A DNA stretch of 26,944 bases from an uncultured bacterium (GTDB lineage: Bacteria; Fidelibacterota; Marinisomatia; SCGC-AAA003-L08; D37C17), in assembly GCA_964406825.1 (NCBI GenBank), contig CAYOTG010000001.1, forward strand, positions 1 to 26,944, written 5' to 3'. Below, piece after piece: positions 25,634 through 26,944 of the stretch. The notes below the pieces were generated by a model. The model made no database searches, was not told the DNA's origin, and worked only from the letters and a program-made list of their open reading frames with translations. How positions within the stretch are numbered: position 1 is the stretch's first letter; every line of letters begins with the position of its first letter. The position numbers were made by a program, and so were the translations under genes.

Positions 25634-26944
25634 ATGAAATATTTTAAAAGCTATTATAAATTATCTCTATTTGTATTGATGGGTCTATCTATTTGTTTAC
25701 CAAATAGGAAGATAGATAAAAAAGTAAATAGTTTACTTTCTCAAATGACCCTAGATGAGAAAATAGGTCAAATGACACAAATAGATAGAAGATTCTTAAA
25801 TGATAAAGATATCATCAAGTTTGGAATAGGATCCATTCTAAGTGGGGGTGGATCTGTGCCTGAGGATAATTCCATTGAAGGTTGGGCAAACATGTATGAT
25901 TCCTATCAAAATCTTGCACAAAAAACAAGATTAAAAATTCCAATTATTTATGGTGTTGATGCTGTGCATGGGCATAATAATGTTAAGGGAGCAACAATTT
26001 TCCCCCATAATATTGGGTTGGGATGCACCTTTGATGCAAAGCTTGTAAGAAAAGTTGCAGATATAACAGCACGTGAAGTATCTGCAACTGGAATTAATTG
26101 GAATTTTGCAACTTGTCTTGCAATTCCCCAAGATGAGAGGTGGGGTCGATATTATGAAGGTTTTTCAGAAGATCCTAAGATTGTTGCAGAACTTGGAGTT
26201 GCAACCATTAAAGGATACCAAAATAAACTAGGGAGGAAGCATTCTATTGCAGCATGTGCCAAGCATTTTATTGGCGATGGTGCGACTTTATGGGGGACAG
26301 GAGATAACAATTATAAAATAGATAGAGGAAACTCTATAATAAATAAAAAAGATTTATATGAAAAACATTTAGTGCCATATAAAGAAGCTATTGATAATGG
26401 CGTTTTAACGATTATGGCATCATTTAATAGCTATAATGGATTAAAATGTCATGCAAGTAGCTATCTATTTAATGATTTATTAAAAAAAGATTTAGGATTT
26501 GAAGGTTTTGTGATATCAGACTGGAGAGGTATTGACGAAATTCCAGGAGACTATAAATCAGATATTGTGACTTCCATTAATGCAGGTATTGATATGATAA
26601 TGGTTCCAGGTGATACCATTTGGGGAGGTGAATCGTATTATAAATTTTTAAGATTATTTAAAGAATCTGTTGAGGGAGGTCTTATCAAAGAAGAAAGAAT
26701 TAATGATGCTGTATATAGAATATTAAGGGCTAAGTACATGATGGGGCTATTTGATGATCCATATGCAGATAGAAACTATATCAAAGATTTTGGATCTGAT
26801 AAACATAGAGAAATTGCTAGAGAAGCTGTTAGAGAATCTATTGTATTATTGAAAAATGATTCTGTTTTACCCTTATCAAAAAATATAAATCATATTCATG
26901 TTGCGGGTATTGGAGCCAATGATATTGGTATGCAGTGTGGTGGA
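25634..26944 (+). CDS. Exported GH3 beta-glucosidase / exo-beta-glucanase; 3' partial, not in the ORF track
   Basis: Manual translation from ATG 25634: MKYFKSYYKLSLFVLMGLSIC...MTLDEKIGQMTQ...GSILSGGGSVP...YGVDAVHGHNNVKGATIFPHNIGLG...CAKHFIGDG...GFVISDW (nucleophile Asp 26519-26521)...DIGMQCGG. These motifs all fall in one frame, and 437 codons reach the window edge. Confidence 0.93.
   Translation, partial: MKYFKSYYKLSLFVLMGLSICLPNRKIDKKVNSLLSQMTLDEKIGQMTQIDRRFLNDKDIIKFGIGSILSGGGSVPEDNSIEGWANMYDSYQNLAQKTRLKIPIIYGVDAVHGHNNVKGATIFPHNIGLGCTFDAKLVRKVADITAREVSATGINWNFATCLAIPQDERWGRYYEGFSEDPKIVAELGVATIKGYQNKLGRKHSIAACAKHFIGDGATLWGTGDNNYKIDRGNSIINKKDLYEKHLVPYKEAIDNGVLTIMASFNSYNGLKCHASSYLFNDLLKKDLGFEGFVISDWRGIDEIPGDYKSDIVTSINAGIDMIMVPGDTIWGGESYYKFLRLFKESVEGGLIKEERINDAVYRILRAKYMMGLFDDPYADRNYIKDFGSDKHREIAREAVRESIVLLKNDSVLPLSKNINHIHVAGIGANDIGMQCGG

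Noticed and set aside
25634-25696. Lipoprotein signal (LSIC) in GH3
   Set aside because: Ile at -1 does not fit the lipobox consensus.
3666-26131. The other short ORFs in the track (61-85 aa, e.g. 3666, 5061, 5302, 7889, 10991, 13867, 15771, 16727, 16731, 17305, 17475, 17712, 18424, 19879, 25931)
   Set aside because: All lie inside long, motif-supported CDSs in another frame or strand and show no recognisable motif.
1-26944. Mobile element, tRNA or rRNA
   Set aside because: No transposase, integrase, terminal repeats or structured-RNA-sized intergenic space was seen.

Overview
AT-rich bacterial window that is almost entirely coding and reads as one carbohydrate-uptake locus without SusC/SusD. 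The gene families suggest a non-Bacteroidota FCB lineage such as Marinimicrobia (inference only). Two convergent operons each carry the same triad: a TonB-dependent receptor, a ~1,270-aa secreted acidic protein ending in a T9SS-type-A/FlgD-like C-terminal domain, and a PorV-family barrel. The + operon runs GH13 glucanase-dockerin (5' truncated), triad 1, CBM-like-repeat-dockerin protein. The - operon runs SGLT-type Na+/sugar symporter, cytochrome c-CBM-repeat-dockerin protein, triad 2, SurA/PrsA-like chaperone. A divergent GH3 beta-glucosidase, absent from the ORF track, runs off the right edge. The large protein of triad 2 is split by a +1 frameshift at a T6A6 tract just after its signal peptide. 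I see no RNA genes, CRISPR arrays, mobile elements, regulators or convincing lipoproteins. All family assignments come from motif recognition by eye; no searches were run.
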